From Tubiluchus corallicola (taxonomy: Eukaryota > Animalia > Priapulida): a DNA stretch of 64,000 nucleotides. Below, piece after piece: positions 1 to 13,100 of this stretch. Where the stretch lies: positions 231,520-295,519 of the forward strand of contig JAQGDQ010000289.1 of the NCBI GenBank assembly GCA_030141605.1. Reading direction: 5' to 3'. Position numbers and translations under genes: made by a program. Below the pieces are notes generated by a model. That model saw only the letters and a list, made by a program, of their open reading frames with translations. It was not told the origin of the DNA and ran no database searches. Position 1 is the first letter of the stretch. Each line of letters starts with the position of its first letter.

Positions 1-980
1 ACTATGCATGCCCTGCCATTAAGTGGTGGATCTTGGCTTATAGAATGCCAAACTAGCTTAGAGGCAGTGTGTGAGAAAGATCTTAATGTGCTGTCTTTAT
101 AAAGCTGTTTAAGGACCAAATTTGTTGTTGTTTGCTAATTTGTTACATAAGGTTTTTACGTAACTCAGTGGGTGTTCCAGTTATCAGTAATACGAGTTTG
201 AAAAGCTGAATTACTGAATACAAGTACAGTGCACTTATGCAAATTATTAGAATTTATCCCAATAATCTGCTTTTATAAATTGTAACTTCGTTCAGAATCA
301 CTTGCAGCCTATCAAAAATTACAGCTTATATTTATATAATATAACTGGTTGCTGCTTCACTAGAAGTGTTAATTAAAAAGTAACATTTGTACACTATTGT
401 GCACAGCGCATGATGGCGAACTGATGTCAGACTAGCTAAGTTTTAAAATTTTTGGCCACATACTAAACTAAAGGTAACTGATTTTAATTGTTATTTTATT
501 AAATCAGACTGGATTTGAATTAGATGCAGTGGAAACTGAAGGTCCCTGAAATCCATCACAACTTTTTCATATTTCCTGTCATTCAAGTTCGGTACAGTAA
601 CCTACTTTACTTCTACATAGGTCTACATGTAATGCGTTATTCTAGAAACAAGACGTAGTATCTTTTGATAAGAATTTGCTGCTGGTATCACACATTTATA
701 CAATGTATTGTTTGATTTCTACTACATATACATAGATCCGGTATCCCAGGCTTCACCCCCCCTCCCCCTCCCCCAACTCATTCTGTATCTGGTATTCTGG
801 GTATTCTGTTGTGACTTTATGAAATTTTTGCAGATTTTCAAAATCAGCTATTTTTAACTAATAATTGTAAAGTGTAGTGGTTGGTGTAAATACTATTGCA
901 AGAGAATACTGTGCACAGTAAGTTATCATTTTTTCAATAAAATGTTTTTTTATTTAGTTGTGATTCACATTTGTTGACAG

Positions 981-1761
981 GATCAAAAACTTCAGCTCTT
1001 AAAGGAGTTGACATTACACCATGTGCTGGGCCAGTATGTGTACTTGAAAGAGGAACCAATGTTACAATAAAGGTTACATTCGAACCAAGTGAGTATGTAG
1101 TCTTTAGAAGTAGGAATTGTAGATTGTTCATTGACAGAAGTTTTTGTTGCCAAGTATTTTTTGCAGTACATGGTCTTGCAATTGTCTTATAGTGGGATAA
1201 ATTAGAGGCGTTACAGTATTATTATTGCTACATTTCCATCTAATTTTCATTTAGATAAAGTAATAAAGACCACAAAGATTATTGTCCATGGCATCATAGC
1301 TGGTGTTCCTGTTCCGTTTCCTGTTCCGCAAGTTGATGCATGCGAAAAGTCTGGACTTACTTGTCCCCTACAAAGTCAGCAGGTGTACACGTACCGCACT
1401 GTACTGATTGTTCAAAAAGATTATCCCAAGGTATAATTTATGGTATTGTCTTATTAAAATGTACTGTTTTCCTAAAGTGATTTTCACATTGCTGATCAGT
1501 TGGAGGTTTTTACTCAAGTCGCAACATCAGTGGTAGGTAGGTCGCTAATTTTTAAGTTAATGATGGCATATTCACATTCATTGATTTTAAAGTAGGCTTA
1601 ATCCAATTACCCAGTCTACGGTATTGGAAAAGCCCAATATTGTTTAAATCTACAAACTGTCAATCGCTTCATTTCAGGTAAAGTTGCTTGTGAAATGGGA
1701 GATGCAAGATGAGACAGGAGAAGATGTGTTTTGCTGGGAGATACCTGCTCAAATTAATTAA
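981..1761 (+). CDS. NPC2: NPC2-like / ML (MD-2-related lipid-recognition) domain protein, 3' part; signal-peptide exon not found in the window
   Basis: Exons 981-1088, 1255-1430 and 1678-1761 are joined by phase-consistent GT-AG introns. Translation: GSKTSALKGVDITPCAGPVCVLERGTNVTIKVTFEP/NKVIKTTKIIVHGIIAGVPVPFPVPQVDACEKSGLTCPLQSQQVYTYRTVLIVQKDYPK/VKLLVKWEMQDETGEDVFCWEIPAQIN*. It carries the NPC2 motifs VHGIxxGVPVPFP, DAC..GxxCPL, YP, VKW, FCWEIP. Confidence 0.93.
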
Positions 1762-1984
1762 CTCTATCATTTTACCAAATTCATCTACACAAATCAAGGA
1801 AAATAGAAAATTATGGTACTACACACACACACACATACATATATATATATACATGATATATTTTTTTACTTTTGATAGCCCATGTTTAATCACATGTAAG
1901 GCATTCCTGCCTTGAAGATTTCACATTAACAAAATAATGAAAATAATTTGTAATTTGCATTGTTAAATTTAGATCTACATCTAA

Positions 1985-1985
<1 letters not shown>

Positions 1986-2022
<37 letters not shown>
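1986..2022. repeat. (TA)n microsatellite downstream of the NPC2 stop
   Basis: Direct TA run. Confidence 0.9.
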
Positions 2023-2027
<5 letters not shown>

Positions 2028-2559
2028 CTTTTATATGTAAAAATGTCTTGTGTTTCAATTTCTAACAAAAGTTAATCAGTTTATGTTTGGCAGAGATAAT
2101 GCGTTAAATGTGTGCTGACAATTTGCAATGTTGAACTAAAGATAATATTAATGTACGCATATTTTTTATTTTTACAATGTACTTGAAGTTTTGTACTTGG
2201 AAAGCACAAATCTAGGCTGTTGGAATTGTGACTATATTTGCCATTATTTATTAATAATGTTGTCAAATGATGATATGTACTCATATCTGAGAAATGGCTA
2301 CTATGACGACATGTTTTTATGTCTGATAAAATAATTATTAAACTGTGAAAATAAACTCTATTGAATGCATCACATTTACAGTATTTTTCCACTATATTAA
2401 CGAGTTTTGATTATTAAAACCATTACAGGATCTGTATTATATTTCAAAATACTGTAGTGCAATACATCAGATGTCAAAGAGCAACCAGTTATTAAAAAGT
2501 ATACTTTTCTACATCACACGTTTATTTGCACAAATTACAAAAATTCCAAAGTTGGCTGC

Positions 2560-3345
2560 TTGATTTTCTCGCGAAGAAGTTGGCTCACAAAGTTCTCGTA
2601 ATTATAAAAACGTTGGAAAATCTGTTGCTGTGTGATGCACGTATTCTCGTAAAACGCATCTTTTTCTCGCGTTTGTAAACCACACTTTTAACGCTGACTC
2701 CACTTCACAGTCTTTTCCTGTGCGTTGCCTCTTAGATGCTAGACTCTCATTTTGGCTTGCTGACTGCTCAGTTTCACATCATTTTTTCAATATTCTGCCG
2801 AGAATACTTTGGGAAATTTTCAGCTGTGCTGCTGCACACCTCTGCCCCATCTTTGGAAGTTTATTGTACTGCTCTAAAATTTTCAGTTGCTTCTTAACAA
2901 GGTATACTGGCTGATTACTGTACCTGCATTTGCAACTAGAGCATCAAAAGGAAACTGCTAGGCAAGTGATTTTTTGGGTTACGAGGTTAATTGCAGTGGG
3001 CGAATGGGTAACAGATTCAAAGCAAAACCGCTACGCTACGTTTTAGCGCATGATAAACGTGCCTGTTTGCAAACAAAATGGTATTTAACCTGATTGTTTC
3101 TACATATATAACGCACAAAGGTGAATTAAAGATGACATAAAAGTAGGAAAGGCTGTTGCACATACAAATGTCTTATTTTAAAGGCGTGAAGGAAAAATAT
3201 TGAGTCAATTAAGCGAAGTTATTTGAGTCAATTACCGATAGTTTTTATAGTAGATTTGAATAGAAGCAGCCCGTTCCAGGCGTTTTTGAGTCAATTAAGC
3301 GATTGGGTCTATTAACCGTCAGTCTATTAAGTGGCGCCTACTGTA
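2560..3345 (-). mobile_element. Degenerate pogo/Tigger (Tc1-mariner superfamily) DNA transposon fragment: one terminus plus a CENP-B-type HTH remnant
   Basis: Minus strand near 2900-2660 reads KKQLKILEQYNKLPKMGQRCAAAQLKISQSILGRILKK*...SKRQRTGKDCEVESAL/WFTNAR, with a stop and a frameshift. The terminus reads TA-CAGTAG on the - strand at about 3345, with subterminal repeats (gagtcaattaagcga). Confidence 0.65.
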
Positions 3346-3632
3346 CTTTATTTAGGATTCGCAGTTTAATATGATAGAAATATAATATTAACTGCGTACA
3401 CACTCTGCACATAGACAATGTTCAGACATTGCAATACATGTATATACGTTTCAAAGTTTACAGCACTGCTGAATATTCCAATCTAACTGTACAAGCGACA
3501 GCTCACCTTCCCCAAATTACTTGTTTTTACATAACTTGTTTCTTGGCACAATTCCAGTTCTCTCTATAAAACATAAAACACGAGAATCGCCAAGTGACAC
3601 GGTTTTTTGTCACTCCCTACATTTTTAGCTTG

Positions 3633-6600
3633 TCAAGACGTTTTTCCAAATTGTTCTAGTACTTGGAGAGGCGCTAATACGTAGCCCTGATTTGACTCGA
3701 TGAGTTGACCATTCACAATCATTTCGTCGAGAATCATCAAAACTTTGTCCAAATTAAACATTATCTGCACAATTCCAGTTAAGGATTCATGATTAGCAAT
3801 GTGAATTCATCAAAGCTATGACAAGGCTGGCGATCAGGTTCGGGAGACTGTTCCCACGAGCTGTAACCCAGGCCTTGCCCTGGCTTTTGGCGCTACGGAT
3901 TATAAAGACAAAAGAATATGTGAAATTTGCAGCAAAAAAATAGGTTTACTTTCTGCTTATGTTTTAGACTTGCTGAGCCAGTTATGGAACTGTTCATATT
4001 TATCTTAATGACTCCTCATTATCATTAGAATGCTGCAAGCAATGGATTTAAGAAATAACTAGATTCAAATGTGACCACGTGTAGTTCTTATACATAGCTT
4101 CAGAACTTTTGGAACTGTAACGAGTGTTGAAATGTTTGTAGCTAGTTCCTTTTTGATTCTTTATAACTGTTTCATAAAATATTCATGACTAACAGTGCAA
4201 CTGACTCACAGTTTTCTCTCTTTTGTGCTGCAAATCTGATAACTCATGCAATAGTTACTTTTAAATGGAGCTGAAACCGCAGTATATAACTAGTTATCCG
4301 TGCTTTCTCTGGTTTTGGAAAAGGAACTGTTTAAGTTGCAATTTGATACATGTAACTGCGACATTGTTGCCGAAGCAAGATAATGTAAATACTAGGCATC
4401 TTTGTCTATTTCTGCCACCAAAGTTAAATTTTTCTAAAATAATTATGGTACCGTAACAGCATAGGTAATAGAAATATAAGGTAATGAACATTTTTTTTAT
4501 TGCTCTAAGTAAAACATTTTCAGGTGCCAGAACATCTTGCTAATTCACAAATAAGTAAAAATATGTGTGGTACAAATCTAAAACGAAATATTTTAGGATA
4601 GTTGCGTAATACCAATGCAGCAAATTTCAACGCAACATAACAATTTTCAAAAAGGATACATCCATCTCACACTGAAAAAAAGAATTGTATATAACCAAAT
4701 AAGTTGAGACAATAGAATTTTAGTTATTAAATTTTGTAACTTAAAAGACTGCATCAATATCTTAATACAAATAACTTGATAAGGCAACTTAATTATACTG
4801 TATTAAGCATATTTAGTTGTAATCATAGAAATTTTTAGCAATTCAAAATATTATACAATGACTACTGCGAGATCAACATGCACGTATATAAATAAGATTA
4901 TAAACATTACATTCACCTTTAGACAGTTCAGTAAGTTGTAATGGGTCCATATGACTTTGTAATTTAAGGCAATATTTCTTATGTTGGAGACACGATACAA
5001 CTAATTTTATTTGGATAGGTGAAACAACTAATGGAGACATTTTCAACATCTGAAGCAGCATCTGATAACTTTTCAGATCACTCTTCTTTGTAATATTGTG
5101 TCACTATGCATATTATAACCATAAGTGGGCTCAAATTTTGCAAAATAATTGCACTCTGCTGCAAAAATTTTGCCATCTTACAATATAAAGATTTTTTTTG
5201 AGTAAGGCAAATGGGGGGGGGTGTCTATATTTATCTGTTTGCCGTCACATAAGCAAATCTGTACAAAGTTATAAGTGAATTTGCATTGCATGCAATGTAA
5301 GCCCGCAGTACTTGCACACAACAAATGTTTTTGAACCTTCACTAACAAAAATAAAATAACGTTAAATTCTACTGCATTAGTCGTACTTTTGTCATGATCT
5401 CTGTTAGGCAGTCAGAAAACTTATAGGATGCAATCGTAAACAGAAAGTTAGTTGGAAGTCTTACTTCTAACATAACTTAATAAGCATTAGTTATGTCATT
5501 GTCTTGGTGGTGACATCACAATTCAATAAAATTCACTAGGTTTTACAAACAAGCAGACAGCTAATAACACAGATGTCAGTTTTAATAAATAGTAACAATT
5601 AGAGAAAGCATCTAATCATTAATGCAAAGTGCAAATTAACAGCTTCAAATTGCTGAAACTGAACAATTGGGTCATACTGACATAAGTAGTACGTTCTTAG
5701 TTCTTACCACATTTTCAAAGTGCTTGCTAAGTATCTCCACGAAGCTTTGAATGAATTCAAGAATAGCCAATTCGTTCTGTAACAGAAAACTGTCAACAGT
5801 CACATAATTTACATATAAACCAATGCTGAGGCTGACACCAGACATCAGTTCTAACTGATGCGCAACAAGTCATGAGAGAAGCCTCTACATCTGAACGTGC
5901 CATTAGCCAAGGGAGGCAAATGTAGTTTAATGTACGAATTAAGGAACATCATACTCTTAAGTACAGATGCATTTTTAGCAAGTAAATGACACCACCATAG
6001 GAATGTATTCATTTAGCCCTCAAGCTGTCACAAAACCTACAGACTACAGTAGGAAAACGTTTGCATATCTATTTTGTAGGTATAATGACATATTTGTCTG
6101 CCAACCAGTTTGCTGTAGTGTTGTAGTGTAATGACAATAACAGTACCGCTATTGTTTTATGAATCCACTCAATGACGTAGTACTGTTCAAAGCAGATACA
6201 AATGATTGTGATAACTGTTCGACTTGTCTATGTGATTTTCCTATCAAAATCTTAATAATGTATTTATCTCTTATGTAGTTAAAACATTGCACATGTTTTC
6301 TAAATTATAGGGAGGAGGGTGAGCTAACAGCTGTTTATATAAAAAGAGAAGTATAGTTGCAATTAGAATAAGGTATGGTAAGATGGTTAGAAAGCAGGCT
6401 TATTTGGACTGTATTAGACAATTTTACATCTAAACCACAGAGTCCACAACAGTAACAATAACACTAAAATGGCTTTTGAGTATTGCCTGCAAAAACATGT
6501 ATCAAGCTTTTTTGTTCTTTTTCTTTCACCTGAAAGTAGTTTACAATAGTACACTGAAGGTTTGTGTCTATCTGTTTCTTCACTGCATGAGTTTTTATTA

Positions 6601-8584
6601 ACAAGTTGTTTCAACAAATTATACAGATCTGTAAACTATGGAATTATACAGATCTCTATGGAAGCAGCTTCTCTAATGAAAGCAACTTCTCTAAAGAAGA
6701 CTGAAGAGAAGAAAAAGGGTGTGGTGGAGATGAGGATGTTGAGATGGATGGTGGGAATAACAAGAAGAGATAAAATTAGAAATAATAATATCAGAGGAAC
6801 AGTAAAAGTAGTGGAAGCCTCGCAAGATTGCGATGGTATGGACACCTGAAAAGAAGAGTCGGTGAAGATCATGTGGGAAGGGAAGACATAAATGAAGAGA
6901 TGGTCAACAACAGGAATGCGTGGAGAAGACTCATTCACAACGGCGACCCCGCATAAGGAAAAGCTGGGAAGAAGAAGAAGATACAGATCTGTAAACTCTC
7001 ATGTATTAGGCATGTGTCACATGCATTTTAAGTCTTTCACATGCGTACACTCATCAAATTTCAGTTGTCATGCATTCCGCAAGTTCACATACAAATTTGA
7101 AAAACAGCTGGCTTCCTTTGCCATTCAATGCCAACCACAACACAATTAGCAAAACTGCAATAACAGCATAAGAAAGCTCAGCAGTACCCAAAAATTATCT
7201 TAATTTTTATTCTTTTGCCTTAATTTTTTGATAGCTTGATTTTGATACCAAATAAAGAAAAAAATTCTGGGGCATAATCTGGCTTCTGCCAGACCCTGCC
7301 AGGGGCAAGATAATACATAGGCTTTCTACATTTCACACTCATCAAATGGTTGGCATGTCTGCTTATATTTACCAGTAGCAAACTGTATACTAGCTATTTA
7401 CCTCAACTTGCTCTGCTCCCACTATGAAAGATAGGGTGGCATATTTTCTATATATCAACCTGAAATCTTTATAGTCCACGAACGTGCACTGGAAATACAA
7501 TACAGAGTGATTTGCAGTTCCACAAATGTTATACATCAGTGCTTTGCGAGATATAACTATAGCAATTTTACAGATACATTTACAGACAAATATTAATTTA
7601 CACATATATCACCAACAAAAACTTAGAAATTACAAGAACCGAGTTGTCGTTGGCTCGAAATTACCTTCAGATTTTATCACTAAATTTTGTAGAATGACTT
7701 ACAAGTAAAACGTAATTTGCCTACTATAAGTTCTTAAGGCTCATAAGCTTTAAGTGCTTCTATGTATAGTTACTGAAACTAACACTGAGTTTCGTCTGTG
7801 ACATGATACTAAAAGTGGCCTAACATTAAACTCAAGTGTGCCTGTGACAGCACTTGAGTTTAATGCCCCTATACCCACGATAAATGCAACTCAAGACAGG
7901 CCCACTCAGAGGCTTCTTAAATGTTGGCACGTGATTATAGATGTACTTCACAGTTAACTCAATATGTGTATTGCGCAGAAACTTTGAAAACAAAGACAAC
8001 TATGTAAATGTCACAAAGATGCTAAATTACTAATTATCAGTTTTCTTTTAGCTAACATTTGGCAGAACCATGTGTAAATTGTGTTAGGTGTTCTGTTTTT
8101 ATACTGTTTCGACAGAATCAACTTTTTCAGTGCACTTGATAAAAGTGCCATACAGGGTGGACTGCCCCACCATCCTCCTTAGCTACGCCACTGGCACTGG
8201 ATACTGCTTTACTAGTATCCCTAGCTAGCTGAAGGCCTAAACACTAGCTAGGGCCCAAACCCAGCTGCCTTTGGGTACATCATACATGATGCTACCAAAA
8301 TTACACACACAATCAATGCAAATAGGAATGGGGTAGTTGTAAAGGTCAATTAAAGTCAATTCAGCCTAAGTGTAGCATATCGTACACACTTTTTCATTTA
8401 TAAATAGCTTGATTGCTACAGTAACACAACTCACCTGTTTCTCATCGCGTGATAAACACTTTTTAATAACTTCCTGCACAAGTTTAGTTTTACTAGATTC
8501 ATCTGTAGGAGCAACATCAATCAAGTTCCACACTTTCAGTAAACGCAATTGACCATACTTATTTGAAATTATAATAAACCTCAT
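3633..8584 (-). CDS. AP4S1: AP-4 adaptor complex subunit sigma-1 (149 aa)
   Basis: Exons 8584-8435, 7488-7402, 5776-5708, 4671-4660 and 3764-3633, all phase 0. Translation: MRFIIISNKYGQLRLLKVWN...VIKKCLSRDEKQ/CTFVDYKDFRLIYRKYATLSFIVGAEQVE/NELAILEFIQSFVEILSKHFENV/CEMD/IMFNLDKVLMILDEMIVNGQLIESNQGYVLAPLQVLEQFGKTS*. Clathrin adaptor small-chain motifs are present; CLSR..QC.F..YKDF.LIYR.YA and IMFNLDKV..ILDEM..NG point to sigma4 rather than sigma1/2/3. An acceptor at 8668-8669 implies an upstream 5'UTR exon. Confidence 0.9.
3765..4659 (-). other. U12-type (minor spliceosome) GT-AG intron in AP4S1
   Basis: 5' splice site GTATCCTTT (complement of 4651-4659) and branch point TCCTTAAC (complement of 3778-3785), about 10 nt upstream of the terminal CAG. 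Both match the U12 consensus. Confidence 0.92.
6638..6980 (+). mobile_element. 5'-truncated RTE-clade LINE in an AP4S1 intron, with a 17-bp target-site duplication
   Basis: Reads EMRMLRWMVGITRRDKIRNNNIRGTVKV (RTE ORF2 C-terminal region) followed by LRWYGH after a frameshift, and ends in an (AAG)n tail. ATACAGATCTGTAAACT flanks it at 6621-6637 and 6981-6997. Confidence 0.85.
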
Positions 8585-8689
8585 AGTCAACTTTGTTAAT
8601 CCGATTCAGCTCATTTCAATACCTAGACCTTTTTGCATCAAGGTGAGCTGTCAAAATTGCTACTCGGCTGAAATAAAAAAACACAAACT

Positions 8690-9020
8690 TAGACAAGACT
8701 TGCAATTCCTATTTCAGGGCGTTTCTTAGTTAGTTCACTAAGATGCTATTTTCCACAATCAATGTTTTGGAATACCATCCAACTCACATGATCCTTGTCA
8801 GAAACTCCTTCCCAAATAACTGTACTTCTTTCATTTTCATAATAAGGACAGTACAGTAAAATTAATGTAAATTCTCCAAGTCCAAACCACACTTACAAAG
8901 TCTATCACGTTCACCTATCTATCATCTAAATAATGGATTTCCATTAATCTTCAATGTACCAATTCTTGCTCTCACCAGCAACTGAGTGTTATACGTATAG
9001 TTCATCCAGCTTTCAAAATA
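8690..9020 (-). mobile_element. 3' remnant of another non-LTR retrotransposon (C-terminal zinc-knuckle region)
   Basis: Minus strand reads GTLKING...GERDRLCKCGLDLENLH, resembling the RLCxxC..E...H.L.YCP motif at the end of LINE ORF2. Heavily decayed. Confidence 0.45.
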
Positions 9021-9029
9021 AGGTCGTGG

Positions 9030-12000
9030 TTTGTTGTTTCATAAACTTTCATAAAAAATACTGGCTTCCTAAAGCATAGCTATCTTGAAGCTCTCGATCT
9101 TTCCTATGAAAGATTTAAATTTAGTGCACTGCCAACACTCTCTGGCGGGCTATTGGACATGTCCACTACACGATGAGAGAAGAACGTCCGCTTGCATTTT
9201 GTTCTTGAGTAGGGTTTGAACAATCTCTTGAAGTGACCACGAGTGGACTGTAAAGATGTGGCTTTGAACAGTTTCTCTCACGAAAGGCCATTCAGGTATT
9301 TATATATCTTATGTAAAGCGGCTGTTTCTCTTTGCTGTTGAAGAGTGCACATCCCTGCACATGTATAATTGCATCTACTACATAAGCTGCATAACATAAA
9401 CCCTAGGCACCTGTATTGAACTTTCTGTAATCGCTTGATATCAGACTGAAATGAAGGAGATCAGACTACGCTGGAATACTCCAGTATGGTCGTACATATG
9501 CCTTATACAGAGTTAAAATTTGTTTTTCGGCTCACAATTAACAAAATATCACTTGATCAAACCGATCATTCTGTTTGCCTTCTTACACATTTTAGTTATA
9601 TGAGCAGAAGTTTAAGGTCATGAGAAATAGTTACACATAGATCATTATATTGTGAAACATTTTTTAACTCTTTGCCATTCAAATAGTACTGCACTGGAAT
9701 TTGTGCTTTGAGTTGGAACACTACACATTTGTCAGCATTAAACTGCAAAAGCCATTTATCAGACTAAGTCTGTAACTGGAACAAATCCTGCTGAAGGCAG
9801 AGTGAATCAACTGTAGAAAGCAATCTTGCGGTAACACCAGCAGACATACTAATATCTGGTACTGATGACTGAATCTAGTAGATTGTTAACAAACAGCAAA
9901 AAACAAAATTGGTCCTAATATAGATCTTTGTGGAACTGCACTTGTAACATGACTCTAACTAGAATATGTGCCATTTATAACCACCCGCTGTCTACGATTA
10001 GTTAAGAAAGCTTTTATCCATTTAAGAGTACAACCTTTAATACCAGAATAATGTAGTTTAGCTAGCAATGCTTCTGTGGTACAGTGTTGAGGGCTATATC
10101 ACGTCTACACCTCCTAGGTTATCACAAGTCATGGTCCAAACATCAAGGACTTCAATGAGATTAGTTGAGCAAGATTTACCTTCTGAAACCCATGGTTATG
10201 CGGATTGATCAGGTTCACAGCTACGCAAACTCAACAAGTTGTTCCTGCATGATACGTTCTAACATCTTCACTTCAGTGCTTGTCAAAGAAACTGGATGGT
10301 GATTTCCTAATTCCGGTGGACCCATCCCTGGTAGTGGAGGCATCATGCCAGTCCTGTGGCAGTTATGATGAAACTAAGAACTTTCGGAGCAAGAGATAAA
10401 GTGGTTTGCCAAGTAAATGTGCACAATTTTTTAAGACTAATGGATGGATCTCATTGGGACCTTTTGATTAAATAGTTACATCTATTTTTTGTAGTTGATC
10501 TATTATAAACTGAATGGAAAAGTTGACATCGTCAAGCACCCGACTAGGAATTGGGCCAACACATTGGGGAATAACAACTTAGATTTTTCAGTAAATACTG
10601 ACGTGAAAAAATCATCTAAAGCTTCAGCTTTATCGAAGTCCTCCACTAACACTTCATCATCAGGCCCAAGTAAAGTATCAATAGAATTGTTAGGCTTTGT
10701 GAACTGATTGGTGTAGTTAAAGAAATTCTGAGGATTAGTTTTGACATTTAAAATCAAGTTGCTCTCATATATTTTACGACATTCGATCAAAGAGTTTCGC
10801 AAATCTTTAGTAGGTGCGATGAAGAGTGATTTGTGTGCATACGAACTAGAATGAGTATACTTCTTCCATGTTTTAGCTTTTTGTTTTGGACTCTTAAAAA
10901 TACAATTGCAGGCTTTAATAACTGCACCAGCTGAATACTGCTTTGTAGAGATATGATTATTTACAACAGTATTATATCTACTAACAAATAAACTCCAGCA
11001 ACTGTCTATATTTTTAACACAAAAGTCGTGTTCCCAATGAAAACACTGAATGCATTACTAACACATCGAAAATTGGCCTTGCTAAACAATTTAAGAACTT
11101 TGTTACAATTATTGGTATTAACATAACTATATATCCATTCAAAGTATATAGAATTATGATCACTAGTAGAAAATGGCAAGCTTACTGTCAGATTACTACC
11201 ACAAAATGAATTACTAACACACCTAATTATAGGTAAATCTAATAAATTTTCATTACGAATAGCTAGCTAAACACATTATTCTAACAAATTATCTTCAAGT
11301 GTATTTAAAAATAATTTGCTTAATTGATTAGAACTATAATTTACCCAATCCTTATTAGGTAAATTAAAATGTACTAATACAACACAAGAAGAAGAAAGCA
11401 TAGTCGCTTGTGCAATACTTTCACAAATATTAATAATGTTAACCAAATCACCACTGAGAAGACGGTAACATACTCACAAAGTAATTTTGTTACAACTTGA
11501 CAATTATAAGGTAATCCACAAAATTTTAGCATTACAAACAATACCCCTATTAACCACAGGACAAAAAGCAGATTTAACCAAAAATAAAACACCACTGCCT
11601 TTTGATGCTTCGGTAGCTAGATGATCTCGTCCAATACAAACATAACCATGTAGTACAAATTCAGAAAAATCAATATCACTATGCAACCACTTCTCGGTTA
11701 CAGCTACAATATCAGGATTATTAGTGTAAATAAAATAAAATAAGTCAGAACACTTATTAGTAAGGCATCTTGTATTAAAATAATAACAAACAAATTTTTT
11801 AACATTTACGTTATTTGTAACTGTAGACTGTTGAGCTAATTCATCTGGTCAGTCATGTGCTTCCTTACCTTCCTGCAAAACAGTATCATCATTGATAACA
11901 GTGTCAGTGTCACCATCACTGTCTGACACCTCCCCAGAATCACTAGTGTTTAGTTCTCCTGGTCGGTCCTCTGGCGCAAGCTGCAATGGAGGGAAATCGG

Positions 12001-13100
12001 TGAAATTGCCGAGATCTGGAATTGCTCTAGCATTCACCTGACGAAGCTAGAGGTAAACTACTAGCTAATCCATAACTGCAAACTTGGGAACTACTTGTAC
12101 TGCTAACAGTAGGCAACAACATACTACTTCTAGGATCGTTTTGGATCGCATGAGTCTTATTCATAGTTTTGACCTTGTTTACGACATTCTGTAGAGTTGT
12201 ATTTCTTCCCATTCCTCATAGCGCTTTCTTTCATGCTGTCTTTGGAGAAGTGTGTAATCTGGCTTGATATAAACTTCTTTAAACTTAGATGACTTTAACA
12301 CATGTTTACCAGACAACATCTTGAACTTATCTAGTTCACTTTTCATTGAAACTTTTATAGCTCCAGGATTTCTGGAATTGCCAGACTTTTTCCTAATACA
12401 CCACCGCCTTTACAACAATTAAGATTTGATTTTTATCATTGTCTTGATTCTCTAACTCTTTCAGCCCAAAAACAAGAAAGTTCTTCCTTTTTCTGAAAAT
12501 TTCATTAGATTCCTTTTCGATTATTTTGAGCTTCTCAAAAACATGCGCCTCATCTTTAATCAAATTTTCCATGGCTGCTTGCCTGCCACTTAAGTGCGTA
12601 CAATGTTACACTTGTCTGCTTTTATGCTTACTGTTTTTTCAAGTGCCAATAATCTTTCTGTTGTGCTACATAGAAATTCCACACATCGCTCCTACACTAT
12701 TTGATCTGTACATGTATACAGCCGCCATGCATGTGCTTCACACTCAGAACAGTAGAAACGTGAGGCTCGTTTACACTTGCTAAGCTCATTTGTATAAAAG
12801 TTCACTCATACTAGGATCAGAACAGCTTAAACAGAACCAGTGTGCACATCTCTCACAGTGTAGTGCTCTTGTTTTTTCGCTTATTTTTACTTTATCGCAT
12901 GCTTTATATACTACTGTGGCTGTTCTAATTCCTTTTGCACCAACTCTTGTAGTAGCATCAGTTTTATTTTGACTGGATTTCCAGGGTTGAGTTTTACTAA
13001 AAAAAGTAAAGTGACTACAGGCCATAAAAATGGCTACAATTTTTATGCAAGCAACACAATACAGCAATACTGGTAATGACATAAAACGACAATATTTTAA
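9030..13100 (-). mobile_element. Near full-length decayed CR1-group LINE (ORF1 with PHD finger; ORF2 with APE endonuclease and reverse transcriptase)
   Basis: ORF1: CDKVKISEKTRALHCERCAHWFCLSC (PHD, about 12900-12820), NFLVFGLKE, and VYIKPDYTLLQRQHERK. ORF2: YFNTRCLTNK, PDIVAVTEKWL, GSGVLFLVK, PFSTSDHNSIYF (endonuclease); VKTNPQNFFNY..DKAEALDDFFTSVFT, KGPNEIHP, SAVPQRSILGPILF, WLLQFNADKC; CR1 C-terminus TRGH...FFSHRVVD. Many stops and frameshifts; ends are approximate. Confidence 0.88.

Noticed and set aside
1-980. Search for the NPC2 signal-peptide exon
   Set aside because: No ATG plus hydrophobic stretch ending at a phase-1 donor was found; it probably lies upstream of the window.
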